A stretch of 64,000 nt of DNA. Source: an uncultured Gemmatimonadales bacterium (GTDB lineage Bacteria; Gemmatimonadota; Gemmatimonadetes; Gemmatimonadales; GWC2-71-9). The notes under the pieces were generated by a model. The model saw only the letters and a list, made by a program, of their open reading frames with translations, searched no databases and was not told where the DNA came from. The stretch covers positions 224,001 through 288,000 of the forward strand of contig CAWCFX010000002.1 of assembly GCA_963795085.1 (NCBI GenBank). Direction: 5' to 3'. The position numbers and the translations under genes were made by a program. Position 1 is the stretch's first letter. Every line of letters begins with the position of its first letter. Positions 17,708 through 27,254 of the stretch are shown in pieces.

Positions 17708-20008
17708 ATGCATGCACGTGGCATTGTTATGACGGGCCTGCTGGCCGGACTGGTTTCCGCGTCCGCCCAGGCCCAGAACGGAAGTATCAGCGGGACCGTG
17801 ACCGGAGCGGTGAGCGGCCAGGTCATCGCGGGGGCTACCGTGTCCGTGGCGGGATCCGCCCGGAGCGTCGCGACCGACCGGGTGGGACACTATCGCCTCG
17901 CCGGCGTCGCGCCGGGCCGATTGGTCCTCGATGTCCGGCAACCCGGGTATGACCCGGTGCGCCGCGAGGTGGATCTCGCGATAGACCAGGTGATGGTCCA
18001 GAACTTCGTGCTGAGCGCGGCGGCGACCGAGCTCGCCGCCCTGACGGTGATCGGTTCCCGCAGCGACCTGCAGGAGACCCGGCAACGGCTGGACCAGGTC
18101 CCCGGCGGGGTGGACCTGGTGTCCGCCGAGGAGATTCAGTCGACCCGCCAGGCCAATCTGCGAGACGTGCTCAGGATGACGCCGGGAGTCTTCGTGCAGC
18201 CGCGGTTCGGGGCCGCCGACGAGAGCCAGATCAGCATCCGGGGCTCCGGGCTTCGAAACAATTTCCACGCGCGGGGCGTCAATCTGCTGGTCAACGGGAT
18301 GCCCTACCGCAATGCCGACGGGTTCACCGACTTCGAGTCGCTGGAGCTGCTCAACACCGAGGCCATCGAGGTGTACAAGGGCGCCAACGCGCTCCGCTAC
18401 GGCGGGTCCACCATGGGCGGTGCCATCAACCTGCACACCCGGACCGGCTACACGTCCCCGGGGCTCTCGGTGACCGCCGAGGGCGGAAGCTTCGGATTCC
18501 TCAAGGCCCAGGTGGCGGCCGGAGGTGTCAGCGGCGGCTTCAACTATTTCGCCAGCTACGCCCGCACCGAGCTGGAAGGCTTCCGGGACTACAACGTGCA
18601 GGGACGCGACCGGGTCAATGCCCACGCCGGCTATGTTCTGACGCCCTCGACCGATCTGCGGGCCTTTTACTTCTTTGCCCGGGTGAATGAGCAGCTACCC
18701 GGCGCGTTGACGGCGACGGAATTCGCCGCGGATCCGACCCAGGCCAACGCCGGCAACCGCGCCGGCCGCTGGGGACGGGACTACGACCTGCACCACCTCG
18801 GGCTCCAGCTCCGCAGCCAGCCGGGCGCCAACCAGCGGCTGGAGATCAACCCGTACTTCCAGTACCGGGATATCGATCACCCGATTTTCCGGGTCATCGC
18901 CCAGGTCAGCCGCGACTACGGCGCCGAGATCCGCTACGAGAATGCGAACCCCATCGGGGGACGGACCAACCGCTTCGTGCTGGGGGTGCAGCCCGCGTTC
19001 ATGCGCCTGGACAACCGCCAGTTCGACAACCAGGCCGGCCAGCATGGGTCGCTCCGGAAGGACCAGGAGGACGGGGTCCAGGCGCTCGCGGTGTACGCCG
19101 AGAACATGCTGGGCCTGACTTCCCGGCTCTCCCTGGTGCTGGGGGCCCGGTTCGATTACTCGACTCGCAAGACCGAGGATTTCTTTCTTTCGGACGGCGA
19201 CCAGTCCGACGAACGCACCTACCAGCCGCTCAGCCCCAAGGTGGGGGTCCTCTATGTCATGGACGGCGACGGGCAGGTGTTTGCCAACGTGAGCCGGTCC
19301 TTCGAGCCGCCGCTCCTGCTGGAACTCAACAGCCTGACGGTGCCGGGGTTCATCGACCTCGAGGGGCAGGACGCGCTCCAGTTCGAGGTGGGGACCCGGG
19401 GCCGGTTCGGCGGATTCCGCTGGGACCTCTCGCTCTATGACGTCGAGATCCGCAACGAGATTCTGAACGTGAACGTGGAACCGTTCCCCGGCGCCGGGTT
19501 CACGGTGCCCACCTACCGGAACGCGGCGAAGACCAGACACTACGGCATCGAGGCCGGGGCCCAGTACGGCATCCCAGGCCCGCTCCTCACCGCCGGCCAT
19601 GGCGGCGACGGACTGCTGCTCCAGGCAGCCTACACGTTCGGCCACTTCACCTACGTTGAGGACGGGGCGTTCGGCGGCAACGACATCCCGGGCGCGCCCC
19701 GGCACGTGGTGAACGCCGAAGCCAAATACGTTCACCCCTCCGGTTTCTCCCTGGCCCCGAGCGTGGAGTGGGCACCGACGTCGTACTTTGTGAACAGCGA
19801 GAACACCGAGACCAACCGGGGCTGGATCAACCTTGGTCTCCGGGCCGAGTGGGCCCTGCCGGGGCCGGGGCTCACGATCTTCGCTGCCGGGCAGAACCTG
19901 ACCGACACCCGCCGTTCCCCCTCGGTCCAGGTGGACAATGCCGCCGGCCGTTTCTACGAGCCGATGGATGGCCGGTCCTATTACATCGGCCTGCGGTGGG
20001 GCCGGTAA
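17708..20008 (+). CDS. TonB-dependent receptor with N-terminal carboxypeptidase-regulatory-like domain
   Basis: Signal AQA-Q, GSISGTV domain, plug motifs ISIRGSG, LLVNGMP and IEVYKGANALRYG, C-terminal GRSYYIGLRW. Confidence 0.93.
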   Translation: MHARGIVMTGLLAGLVSASAQAQNGSISGTVTGAVSGQVIAGATVSVAGSARSVATDRVGHYRLAGVAPGRLVLDVRQPGYDPVRREVDLAIDQVMVQNFVLSAAATELAALTVIGSRSDLQETRQRLDQVPGGVDLVSAEEIQSTRQANLRDVLRMTPGVFVQPRFGAADESQISIRGSGLRNNFHARGVNLLVNGMPYRNADGFTDFESLELLNTEAIEVYKGANALRYGGSTMGGAINLHTRTGYTSPGLSVTAEGGSFGFLKAQVAAGGVSGGFNYFASYARTELEGFRDYNVQGRDRVNAHAGYVLTPSTDLRAFYFFARVNEQLPGALTATEFAADPTQANAGNRAGRWGRDYDLHHLGLQLRSQPGANQRLEINPYFQYRDIDHPIFRVIAQVSRDYGAEIRYENANPIGGRTNRFVLGVQPAFMRLDNRQFDNQAGQHGSLRKDQEDGVQALAVYAENMLGLTSRLSLVLGARFDYSTRKTEDFFLSDGDQSDERTYQPLSPKVGVLYVMDGDGQVFANVSRSFEPPLLLELNSLTVPGFIDLEGQDALQFEVGTRGRFGGFRWDLSLYDVEIRNEILNVNVEPFPGAGFTVPTYRNAAKTRHYGIEAGAQYGIPGPLLTAGHGGDGLLLQAAYTFGHFTYVEDGAFGGNDIPGAPRHVVNAEAKYVHPSGFSLAPSVEWAPTSYFVNSENTETNRGWINLGLRAEWALPGPGLTIFAAGQNLTDTRRSPSVQVDNAAGRFYEPMDGRSYYIGLRWGR

Positions 20009-20076
20009 TGGCGGTGCCCCGGACCGGTGCCTGGCAGTATAAATTGCAACCTGGGGTCGTCCCGGGGAGGTCTTCC

Positions 20077-21390
20077 ATGAGATGGCAGGCAGTAGCGTTT
20101 TCAATGGCGTTGCTCGCTGGGTGCAACGGAGACGCGCCGCGCGCCGGGCTGGCGAGCGTGATGCTCCCGGTTCCGGCCGGCGGGGCAGAGACGGCGGATG
20201 CCGCGCTGGCCCGCGACCCGGAAACTGGCGATGTCCTGCTCAGCTGGGTCGGCGGCGATAGCGCGGGCTGGGCGCTCTATTTCGCCCGGAGCGGAGACGA
20301 GGGTCAGACCTGGGAATCCGCGACCGCGGTGACGGCGCCGGGTCTCGACCTGCGGCCCACCGGAGAATCCTCCCCCCGGCTGGTTCCCGCGGCCGGGGGC
20401 AGGGTCGCCCTGGTATGGACCCGGAGCGTCCCGGTGCCCGGGCAGCGGTGGCCGGCGACCGAGATCAGGATCGCCCGGTCCCTGGATGGCGGCGCCACCT
20501 GGTCGCCCCCGCTCACCCTGAACGACGACAGCGCCGGCACGCCGGCGGGGCACCAGTTCCAGGGGGCGGCCTGGCAGGGCGACTCGGGGCTGGTGGTGAG
20601 CTGGCTGGACGAGCGGAAGGGCGCAGCGGAGCGAGTGCTCGGCGGGACCAGCCCGACAGCAGGGGACCCGACCGATGAGCCGGACGCGGTCATCGTCACG
20701 GCCTTTTCACCCGACTTCGGGCGCACCTGGGGCCAGTCGAATGAACTCCTGTGGGGACAGGTCTGTCCCTGCTGCCGGGTGACGCTGGCGCGCCACCCCG
20801 ATGGATCGGTGATCAGCGCGTGGCGAAAACACTATCCCGGGAACATCCGGGACGTGGTGACAGCACCAGTGGCGCCCGGCCTGCGAAGCGAGCCGGTCCG
20901 GGTCAACCAGGACAACTGGGTGTATCCCGGCTGTCCCTATACCGGACCGGGTATCGCCGTGGGCCACGATGGGGCCAGGCATGTGGTCTGGTACATGGGG
21001 AAGGAGGGCGCCGCGGGGGTCTATTATCAAAGAGTGGACCAGGGCGGGTCGCCGGCCGATCCACCCCTGGCGTTAATACGGGCCCAGACCTTGCCATCGG
21101 CCCATACCACGGTCGCCGCGTTGCCCGGCGGACGCGCCCTGGCGGCCTACGACCAGACCGGGACGGGAGACCGGGCGGTCGGCCTGTCCTTGATTGGGGC
21201 CAGCCGGGATGTCCTCGAGCAGCACACCATTGCCGGCTCGGAAGGCGGGCAATATCCCCAGGTGCTGTCGGTCGGGCCCGGACGGGCCCTGGTTGCCTGG
21301 GTCGGCCGCAGCGGCGAACGACGCGCCGTGCGCCTGGCGGCGATAACTTTCAACGCTTCAGAGGGATCCGCAGTGGCCCTCAGGGACTAG
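20077..21390 (+). CDS. BNR/Asp-box (sialidase-like) beta-propeller lipoprotein with CPCC motif
   Basis: Lipobox LAGC. Asp boxes SGDEGQTW, SLDGGATW and SPDFGRTW. VCPCCR and GCPYTGP motifs. Confidence 0.8.
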   Translation: MRWQAVAFSMALLAGCNGDAPRAGLASVMLPVPAGGAETADAALARDPETGDVLLSWVGGDSAGWALYFARSGDEGQTWESATAVTAPGLDLRPTGESSPRLVPAAGGRVALVWTRSVPVPGQRWPATEIRIARSLDGGATWSPPLTLNDDSAGTPAGHQFQGAAWQGDSGLVVSWLDERKGAAERVLGGTSPTAGDPTDEPDAVIVTAFSPDFGRTWGQSNELLWGQVCPCCRVTLARHPDGSVISAWRKHYPGNIRDVVTAPVAPGLRSEPVRVNQDNWVYPGCPYTGPGIAVGHDGARHVVWYMGKEGAAGVYYQRVDQGGSPADPPLALIRAQTLPSAHTTVAALPGGRALAAYDQTGTGDRAVGLSLIGASRDVLEQHTIAGSEGGQYPQVLSVGPGRALVAWVGRSGERRAVRLAAITFNASEGSAVALRD

Positions 21391-21394
21391 CATC

Positions 21395-21790
21395 ATGCGA
21401 CTCCGAGTACCGCGATCGGCGCTGGCCATGGCGGCAGCCGTCCTGCTGTTTCCGGCCGCGTTTCATCTCCGGCTGGTCAAGAGCCTCCCCGGCGACGGCG
21501 ATGTGCTATCCTCCGCGCCGCCCGAAATCCAGCTGTGGTTCAGCCAGAAGCCCGAGATGGGACTGACCACTATCCGCCTGCTGCGTCCGGACAGTTCGAA
21601 AGTGGAGACCGGCCCGGTGGCGCCGGCCGACGACTCCCTGGCCGTCAAGGCGAAAATCGGCAGCGCGCTTGTCCCCGGCCGTTACACCGTCACCTGGAAG
21701 ACGGCTTCCCGGGACGGCCACGTGGTCCGGGGCAGCTATGATTTCATGGTGGTGCCCGGCCCCCCGGCGAGGAAGCAATCGGGCCCCTGA
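21395..21790 (+). CDS. copC: Periplasmic copper-binding protein CopC
   Basis: Signal peptide then HLRLVKSLP. IQLWFSQ and YTVTWKTASRDGHVVRGSYDF motifs. Confidence 0.9.
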   Translation: MRLRVPRSALAMAAAVLLFPAAFHLRLVKSLPGDGDVLSSAPPEIQLWFSQKPEMGLTTIRLLRPDSSKVETGPVAPADDSLAVKAKIGSALVPGRYTVTWKTASRDGHVVRGSYDFMVVPGPPARKQSGP

Positions 21791-22689
21791 TGGACCTGCT
21801 GCTGCCCGTCGCCCGGTGGATCGGCTCCCTCGGTCTCGCGGGCCTGGTGGGAGCGGCGACCTTTCAGGCCATTATCCGACTCCGGCTGGCCCGGCACCAT
21901 TCTGCCGCCGCGCCCCGGCTCATTGGGCGGGCCCGGGCCGGGGCCTTCATCTCCCTCCTGCTCATTCTCGCATCGCTGGCGCTCAAGCTGCTGGGCCAAC
22001 TGCAGGCACTGGTGGACCCGGGTGAGGCCGTTACCCGCGAGCTGTTTGATCTTGCGGTCCTCCAGTCTTCCTGGGGACACAGCTGGCGTATCCAGGCCGG
22101 TGTCGCGGTGGCGGCGCTGGCCGGTGTGCTCCTGCTACGGAACACCTGGGCCCTGGTGGTGTTCGCGGTGGCGGCGGTGGCGGTCGCACCGCTCACCGGC
22201 CATGCGGTGGAGCACCCGTGGGGCAGGGACGTCGGGATCGCCCTGCACGGGTTCCATGCCCTCGGCGCCGGCGTCTGGCTGGGCACTCTCGCGATGGTGC
22301 TGGGCGGTGGGTACGCCGGGACGCGCGCGCTCCCGGAGGAGGACCGTCACCGGCTGATCGCCGACCTGGTGCACGCTTACTCGCCGGTGGCGCTCACCGG
22401 GGTGGCCGTGATCATCGCGGCGGGCCTCGCGATGACCTGGACATACGTGGATCCGCTCTCCGGGCTCTGGAGTACCGGATACGGCCGGGTCCTGCTGCTC
22501 AAGATCGTGCTGCTGGCCGGCACTGCAGGGCTCGGCGCCTACAACTGGAGGCGGGTCCGTCCCCGGTTGGGGGAGGCCGCCAGCAGTGCCCAGCTCTATC
22601 GTTCGGCCACGCTGGAACTGGTGCTGGGCGCGCTGGTGCTGGGCGCCACCGCCGTACTGGTGGCCATGGCCGCGCCGGGACTGGAATAA
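21790..22689 (+). CDS. copD: Inner-membrane copper import protein CopD
   Basis: Multi-TM. LTGHA, HALGAGVWLG, TGYGRVLLLKI and LGAYNW motifs. Coupled to copC. Confidence 0.88.
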   Translation: MDLLLPVARWIGSLGLAGLVGAATFQAIIRLRLARHHSAAAPRLIGRARAGAFISLLLILASLALKLLGQLQALVDPGEAVTRELFDLAVLQSSWGHSWRIQAGVAVAALAGVLLLRNTWALVVFAVAAVAVAPLTGHAVEHPWGRDVGIALHGFHALGAGVWLGTLAMVLGGGYAGTRALPEEDRHRLIADLVHAYSPVALTGVAVIIAAGLAMTWTYVDPLSGLWSTGYGRVLLLKIVLLAGTAGLGAYNWRRVRPRLGEAASSAQLYRSATLELVLGALVLGATAVLVAMAAPGLE

Positions 22690-22701
22690 GACGTTGCTCG
22701 G

Positions 22702-22730
22702 TTGATTTGGCCCGGGCACCGCACTACTTT
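22702..22730 (+). promoter_or_regulatory. Putative sigma70 promoter of pyrRBC
   Basis: TTGATT-N17-TACTTT, ending 9 nt before ATG 22740. Confidence 0.55.
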
Positions 22731-22739
22731 CCCGCCCCG

Positions 22740-23276
22740 ATGCCCTCCCGCACCCCTCTCCTGGACGACCGCGCGATCAGCCGCGCACTCACCCGCATGG
22801 CTTCCGAGATCGTCGAACGCTGCCAGGGAATCGAAGGCCTCGTGCTGGTGGGAATCCAGCGCCGGGGCGTCGAGCTGGCGGACCGGCTGGCCCGGCAGAT
22901 CGAGGCCTCGGAAGGCGGGGCAGTGCAGCGGGGCAAGCTCGACATTACCCTCTATCGCGACGATCTCCAGGCGGTGGGTCCCCGCCCGGTGGTGGGCGAG
23001 ACCCGGCTGCCGGCCAACCTGGACGGCACCACGGTCGTGATCGTGGACGACGTGCTCTACACCGGGCGCACGATCCGCGCCGCGCTGGACGAGTTTGCCG
23101 ATTTCGGGCGGCCCCGGCGGATCCTGCTCTGCGTCCTGATCGACCGGGGCGGCCGGGAACTGCCGATTCACGCCGACATCGTCGGAACCACCATCAACAC
23201 CAGTCCCCGGGATCGCGTCGATGTCCTTGTCAGCGAACTCGATGGCCGCGACGCCGTTGAACTTGTCCGCGACTGA
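22740..23276 (+). CDS. pyrR: Bifunctional pyr regulator/uracil phosphoribosyltransferase
   Basis: [36 protein letters not shown] and DRGGRELPI motifs. Confidence 0.95.
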   Translation: MPSRTPLLDDRAISRALTRMASEIVERCQGIEGLVLVGIQRRGVELADRLARQIEASEGGAVQRGKLDITLYRDDLQAVGPRPVVGETRLPANLDGTTVVIVDDVLYTGRTIRAALDEFADFGRPRRILLCVLIDRGGRELPIHADIVGTTINTSPRDRVDVLVSELDGRDAVELVRD

Positions 23277-24234
23277 ACCGGCGGTGCCCACCCTGGGCAA
23301 GGACCTGGTCGGGCTGGAACCGCTCAGCGCGGACCAGATCCGCCTGATCCTCGATACCGCCGAACCCTTCAAGGAAGTGAGCGAGCGCCCGATCAAGAAA
23401 GTCCCGGCGCTCCGCGGCAAGACCATTGTCAACCTCTTCTTCGAAGCCTCCACCCGGACCCGGATCTCCTTCGAGTTTGCCGAGAAGCGGCTGTCCGCCG
23501 ACACGGTCAACGTGGCCGCGTCCGGCTCGTCGGTCAGCAAGGGGGAGACGCTGGTGGACACGGCGCGCAATCTGGAGGCGATGCGGATCGACATGGTGGT
23601 GATCCGGCACGGCTCGTCCGGGTCCGCCCAGTTCCTGGGCGACCGGATCCGCTCCAACGTGGTGAACGCCGGCGACGGCAAGCACGAGCACCCGACCCAG
23701 GGACTCCTCGATATCCTCACGCTGCGCGACAATTTCGGGAAGATCGAGGGCCTCAAGGTCGCTATCTGCGGGGACGTACTCCACAGCCGGGTGGCGCGGA
23801 GCAATATCTGGGGCCTCACCAAGCTGGGGGCCGAAGTGGCCGTCTGCGGTCCGGCCAGCCTGATGCCGCGCGACATCGAAGCCCTCGGCGTTACCATCAT
23901 CCCCCACATCGAAGACGCCATCCAGTGGGCCGATGCGCTCAATATTCTTCGTCTTCAGCTGGAGCGGATGAACGCCGGCTTCATTCCCTCGCTGCGGGAG
24001 TACAACCGGGTCTTCGGGGTCACCCGCGAGCGGCTGGAGCGGGCCCCCAAAGACCTGATCATCATGCATCCGGGCCCCATGAACCGCGGGGTTGAAATCG
24101 ACAGCGACGTCGCCGATGGCCCCCACAGCGTCATCCTGCCCCAGGTCACCAACGGCGTCGCGGTCCGGATGGCGGTGCTCTATCTGCTGGCCGGCGGGTC
24201 GCCCACGTGGGCCAGCGAGGGAGGCGAGCGGTGA
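23263..24234 (+). CDS. pyrB: Aspartate carbamoyltransferase catalytic subunit (start uncertain)
   Basis: [20 protein letters not shown] and [11 protein letters not shown] motifs. Confidence 0.95.
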   Translation: MSATEPAVPTLGKDLVGLEPLSADQIRLILDTAEPFKEVSERPIKKVPALRGKTIVNLFFEASTRTRISFEFAEKRLSADTVNVAASGSSVSKGETLVDTARNLEAMRIDMVVIRHGSSGSAQFLGDRIRSNVVNAGDGKHEHPTQGLLDILTLRDNFGKIEGLKVAICGDVLHSRVARSNIWGLTKLGAEVAVCGPASLMPRDIEALGVTIIPHIEDAIQWADALNILRLQLERMNAGFIPSLREYNRVFGVTRERLERAPKDLIIMHPGPMNRGVEIDSDVADGPHSVILPQVTNGVAVRMAVLYLLAGGSPTWASEGGER

Positions 24235-25517
24235 GCACGATTCTCCTGCGGGGCGGGCGGGTGGTGGATCCCTCGCAGAACCTCGACCGGGTCTCCGATG
24301 TGCTGGTGGTGAACGGCAAGGTGGAGTCGGTCGCCGAGCGGCTGGCCGCACCGGATGGCGCCAACGTGATCGACGTGGCCGGCCGGGTCGTCGCCCCGGG
24401 GCTGATTGACCTCCACGTGCATTTCCGGGAGCCTGGCCAGGAGGACCTGGAGACCGTGGCCACCGGCGCGATGGCCGCCGTGGCGGGCGGCTTCACCTCG
24501 GTCTGCGCGATGCCGAATACCGATCCCGTCACCGATAACCAGGCCGCCATCGGGTTCATCGTCCGGCAGGCGCAGCGGGCGGCCCGGGCCCGGGTCTATC
24601 CGATCGGGGCGATTACCCTGGGCCAGCGGGGCGACAAGCTCGCCGAGTTCGGCGAGATGGTGGGCGCCGGCGCGGTCGCGGTGAGCGACGATGGCAAGCC
24701 GGTGGTCTCCAGCCACATGATGCGCACCGCGCTGGAGTACGCCAGGACCTTTGGCATCCCGGTGGCGGATCACTGTGAAGAGCCGTCACTCGCCCAGGGC
24801 GGCGTCATGCACGAAGGTATCGTGTCCACCCGGCTCGGCCTCAAGGGGATTCCCGCCGCCGCGGAAGAAATCATGGTCGCGCGTGATGTCATCCTCGCCG
24901 AGCTCACCGGCGGACACGTACACCTCTGCCACATGTCCACCCGGGGGTCGGTCGAAATTATCCGGCGGGCCAAGGAGAAGGGGCTCCGGGTGACGGCGGA
25001 GGCGACGCCGCACCACTTCTCCCTGACCCATGAGCGGTGCGAGGGCTACGACACCAACGCCAAGATGAACCCGCCGCTGCGCGAGGCCGCCGACCGGGAG
25101 GCGATTCGCCAGGGCCTCAAGGATGGCACCCTGGACGTGATTTCGACCGATCACGCGCCCCACCACTACGATGCCAAGGAACGCGAGTTTGACGATGCGC
25201 CCAACGGCATTATCGGGCTGGAGACCTCGCTGGGCCTGGCCCTGACCGAGCTGGTCCACACCGGGCTCCTCACCCTCCCGCAGCTGATCGCCCGGATGAG
25301 CACCGATGCGGCCCGCATTTTCAGGCTGCCGGGGGGGACTCTGCGGAAGGGGTCGCCGGCCGATATCGTGATTATCGATCCGGACCGGAAATGGACGGTG
25401 CGCCCGGAAGAATCCTTCAGCAAGAGCCGCAATACCCCGTTTGCGGGGGCCGAGTTGAAGGGCAGGGCGGTCTCCACCATCGTGCGGGGCAGCGTGGTTT
25501 TCGACCTGGGCGATTGA
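24231..25517 (+). CDS. pyrC: Dihydroorotase
   Basis: [21 protein letters not shown] and TDHAPH motifs. GTGA overlap with pyrB. Confidence 0.94.
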   Translation: MSTILLRGGRVVDPSQNLDRVSDVLVVNGKVESVAERLAAPDGANVIDVAGRVVAPGLIDLHVHFREPGQEDLETVATGAMAAVAGGFTSVCAMPNTDPVTDNQAAIGFIVRQAQRAARARVYPIGAITLGQRGDKLAEFGEMVGAGAVAVSDDGKPVVSSHMMRTALEYARTFGIPVADHCEEPSLAQGGVMHEGIVSTRLGLKGIPAAAEEIMVARDVILAELTGGHVHLCHMSTRGSVEIIRRAKEKGLRVTAEATPHHFSLTHERCEGYDTNAKMNPPLREAADREAIRQGLKDGTLDVISTDHAPHHYDAKEREFDDAPNGIIGLETSLGLALTELVHTGLLTLPQLIARMSTDAARIFRLPGGTLRKGSPADIVIIDPDRKWTVRPEESFSKSRNTPFAGAELKGRAVSTIVRGSVVFDLGD

Positions 25518-25586
25518 GCGAAACCAGCCTTCTATATACATTTAGCCCATCCCGGCATCGCCTTCTCACAGAGGGACGCCTCGCTC

Positions 25587-26615
25587 ATGGGCAAGAATTC
25601 ACGCGCTGACGATCCTATCGTTCGCCTCCTGCAGGACCGCCAGCAGTATGCGACCTGGCTGTCCCGGCTGGACGCGACCGCCGATACCGCCCCCGAAACG
25701 GTCCGCGGGAAGATCCGCGCGGACTACCAGGCCCGGCTTGATCAGGTCATCGAAGAGTTGCGGAGCCACGCCGACGGTCTGGCCCAGCAACTGGACCGGC
25801 ACCGGGAGACCCGCGCGGAATTGCAGACCCGGGAGGCGCAGGCCAAGGAGATCATGTCGGAGGCGGAGGTGCGCCACGCGGTAGGGGAGTATACCGACGC
25901 CAAGTGGCAGCAGATCCGGGGAGAAGCCCAGAAAAACCTGGTGGCCATCCGGGAAGAACTGGCCTCGCTCTCGGAGGAAATCGCCGAGCTGGAGAAGGTG
26001 CAACAGATGATCTCCGCACCGGCGATGCCGGAATCCGTTCCCGTGCCGGCGCCGGCGCCGCCCGCGCCCATGGCCGCGGTTGCCCCGGAACCGGAAACCC
26101 AGGTGACCGGGGCAGAAGAATCTCTTCTCCCCCATCTCTCGGCCGGGGAGCCCGAGCCGCCCGCTCCCGAACCGACGGCGCCGCCGGAATTCCCCGCACC
26201 GACCCTTCCGGTTTCCCCGCGGGCGGAGGCGGAAACGCCCTCGGCGCCCGCTCGCCCGCCCCGTCCTAAGGACGCGGCCCAGGCGGGCCGGACCCTCTGG
26301 TTTCCATCGGTCAAAGATGAGGAGGTCAACAGCGGGGTGGACGAACTGGCCTTTCTCAAGTCGGTGAGCGAGGACGAGAAGACCGGGCCCAGTGCCCGGC
26401 GGGCCAGCGGCGGAGTTCCGCGTCCTCCCCTCGAGGCGTCGGCGCCTGCCCCGGTGCCGGCTCCTTCATCGAGCCCATCCAATACCGGGCTGGAGAGTGG
26501 CCGTCCCAGCACCTCGACCGGGGCGCGCACTCTCAAGTGCGGCGAATGCGGGACCATGAACCGGCCCACGGAGTGGTATTGCGAGCGCTGCGGGGCGGAG
26601 CTGGCGGACTTGTGA
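25587..26615 (+). CDS. Hypothetical protein: coiled coil, Pro-rich linker, C-terminal zinc ribbon
   Basis: Heptad-rich N-terminus, PAPAP/PEPPAPEP linker, CGECGTMNRPTEWYCERCG. Confidence 0.8.
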   Translation: MGKNSRADDPIVRLLQDRQQYATWLSRLDATADTAPETVRGKIRADYQARLDQVIEELRSHADGLAQQLDRHRETRAELQTREAQAKEIMSEAEVRHAVGEYTDAKWQQIRGEAQKNLVAIREELASLSEEIAELEKVQQMISAPAMPESVPVPAPAPPAPMAAVAPEPETQVTGAEESLLPHLSAGEPEPPAPEPTAPPEFPAPTLPVSPRAEAETPSAPARPPRPKDAAQAGRTLWFPSVKDEEVNSGVDELAFLKSVSEDEKTGPSARRASGGVPRPPLEASAPAPVPAPSSSPSNTGLESGRPSTSTGARTLKCGECGTMNRPTEWYCERCGAELADL

Positions 26616-26794
26616 CAAGGGGGCAAGAGGGTAAGGGGGCCAGGGGGCAAGACGGGTGGGGGCAAATCAAGGAGCCCAATTACAGAACAAGGGCGAGACC
26701 TTTCGGTTCTCGCCCTTCTTGATGGCATGGTCCTCGTCCCCCGGCTTGTGGGCCCGTTGCCCCCTTTGCCCCCTAGCCCACTTGCCCCCTCTTG
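26616..26794. repeat. Inverted pair of octamer (CAAGGGGG-like) tandem arrays around a terminator
   Basis: Plus strand 26616-26655: CAAGGGGG CAAGAGGG TAAGGGGG CCAGGGGG CAAGACGG. A related array on the minus strand at 26752-26794 overlaps the rpsT stop. Confidence 0.7.
26689..26720. terminator. Probable bidirectional intrinsic terminator
   Basis: AAGGGCGAGA...TCTCGCCCTT stem between convergent genes. Confidence 0.7.
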
Positions 26795-27030
26795 ATTGCC
26801 TTGGCCAGGCGGCTCTTCTGGCGGGCGGCGGTGTTCCGGTGGAGCAGGTTTTTCCGGCCGGCCCGGTCCAGCAGTTTTTCGGCATCGCGGTAGGCGACGG
26901 CGGCGGCCTCGCCGGACGCGGCCCGCACCTTCTTCAGGGCGGTCTTCAACTGGCTGCGCTGCTGGCGATTGGCGGCGGTGGCCTTTCGGGACTGGCGCAT
27001 CCGCTTCTTGGCAGACTTGATCCTCGGCAC
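26773..27030 (-). CDS. rpsT: 30S ribosomal protein S20
   Basis: PRIKSAKKRMRQ and LHRNTAARQKSRL. Confidence 0.96.
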   Translation of the reverse strand: MPRIKSAKKRMRQSRKATAANRQQRSQLKTALKKVRAASGEAAAVAYRDAEKLLDRAGRKNLLHRNTAARQKSRLAKAIKRGQVG

Positions 27031-27254
27031 GGCGTTCCTCGACTGGGTGGCAGATCGGTAATTGCGAGCCGGGAAGAATAGGCAGGAGAGGGAGTTAGGA
27101 CAAGGGGCCCCGGGCCGGGCGCGGCGCAGCTGTGGCCCCTTGCCTCCCGGCCCCCGGGACCACGGGCCCCCTTTTTTCCGCTGGCCTCCGAGTGGTCTCC
27201 CCGATTAGTTTTCGCCATCCATTCACGCGGGATCCATCCCCTGCATCTCCTCTC

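Noticed and set aside
20046..20073. ECF-like promoter GCAACC-N17-GGTCT before the BNR gene
   Set aside because: The -10 candidate overlaps the GGAGG SD and is only 3 nt from the ATG, so it is better explained as a ribosome-binding site.
17115..22689. tRNA-Ser as the integration site of a genomic island carrying the copper operon
   Set aside because: No integrase, no duplicated tRNA 3' end and no obvious compositional shift were seen.
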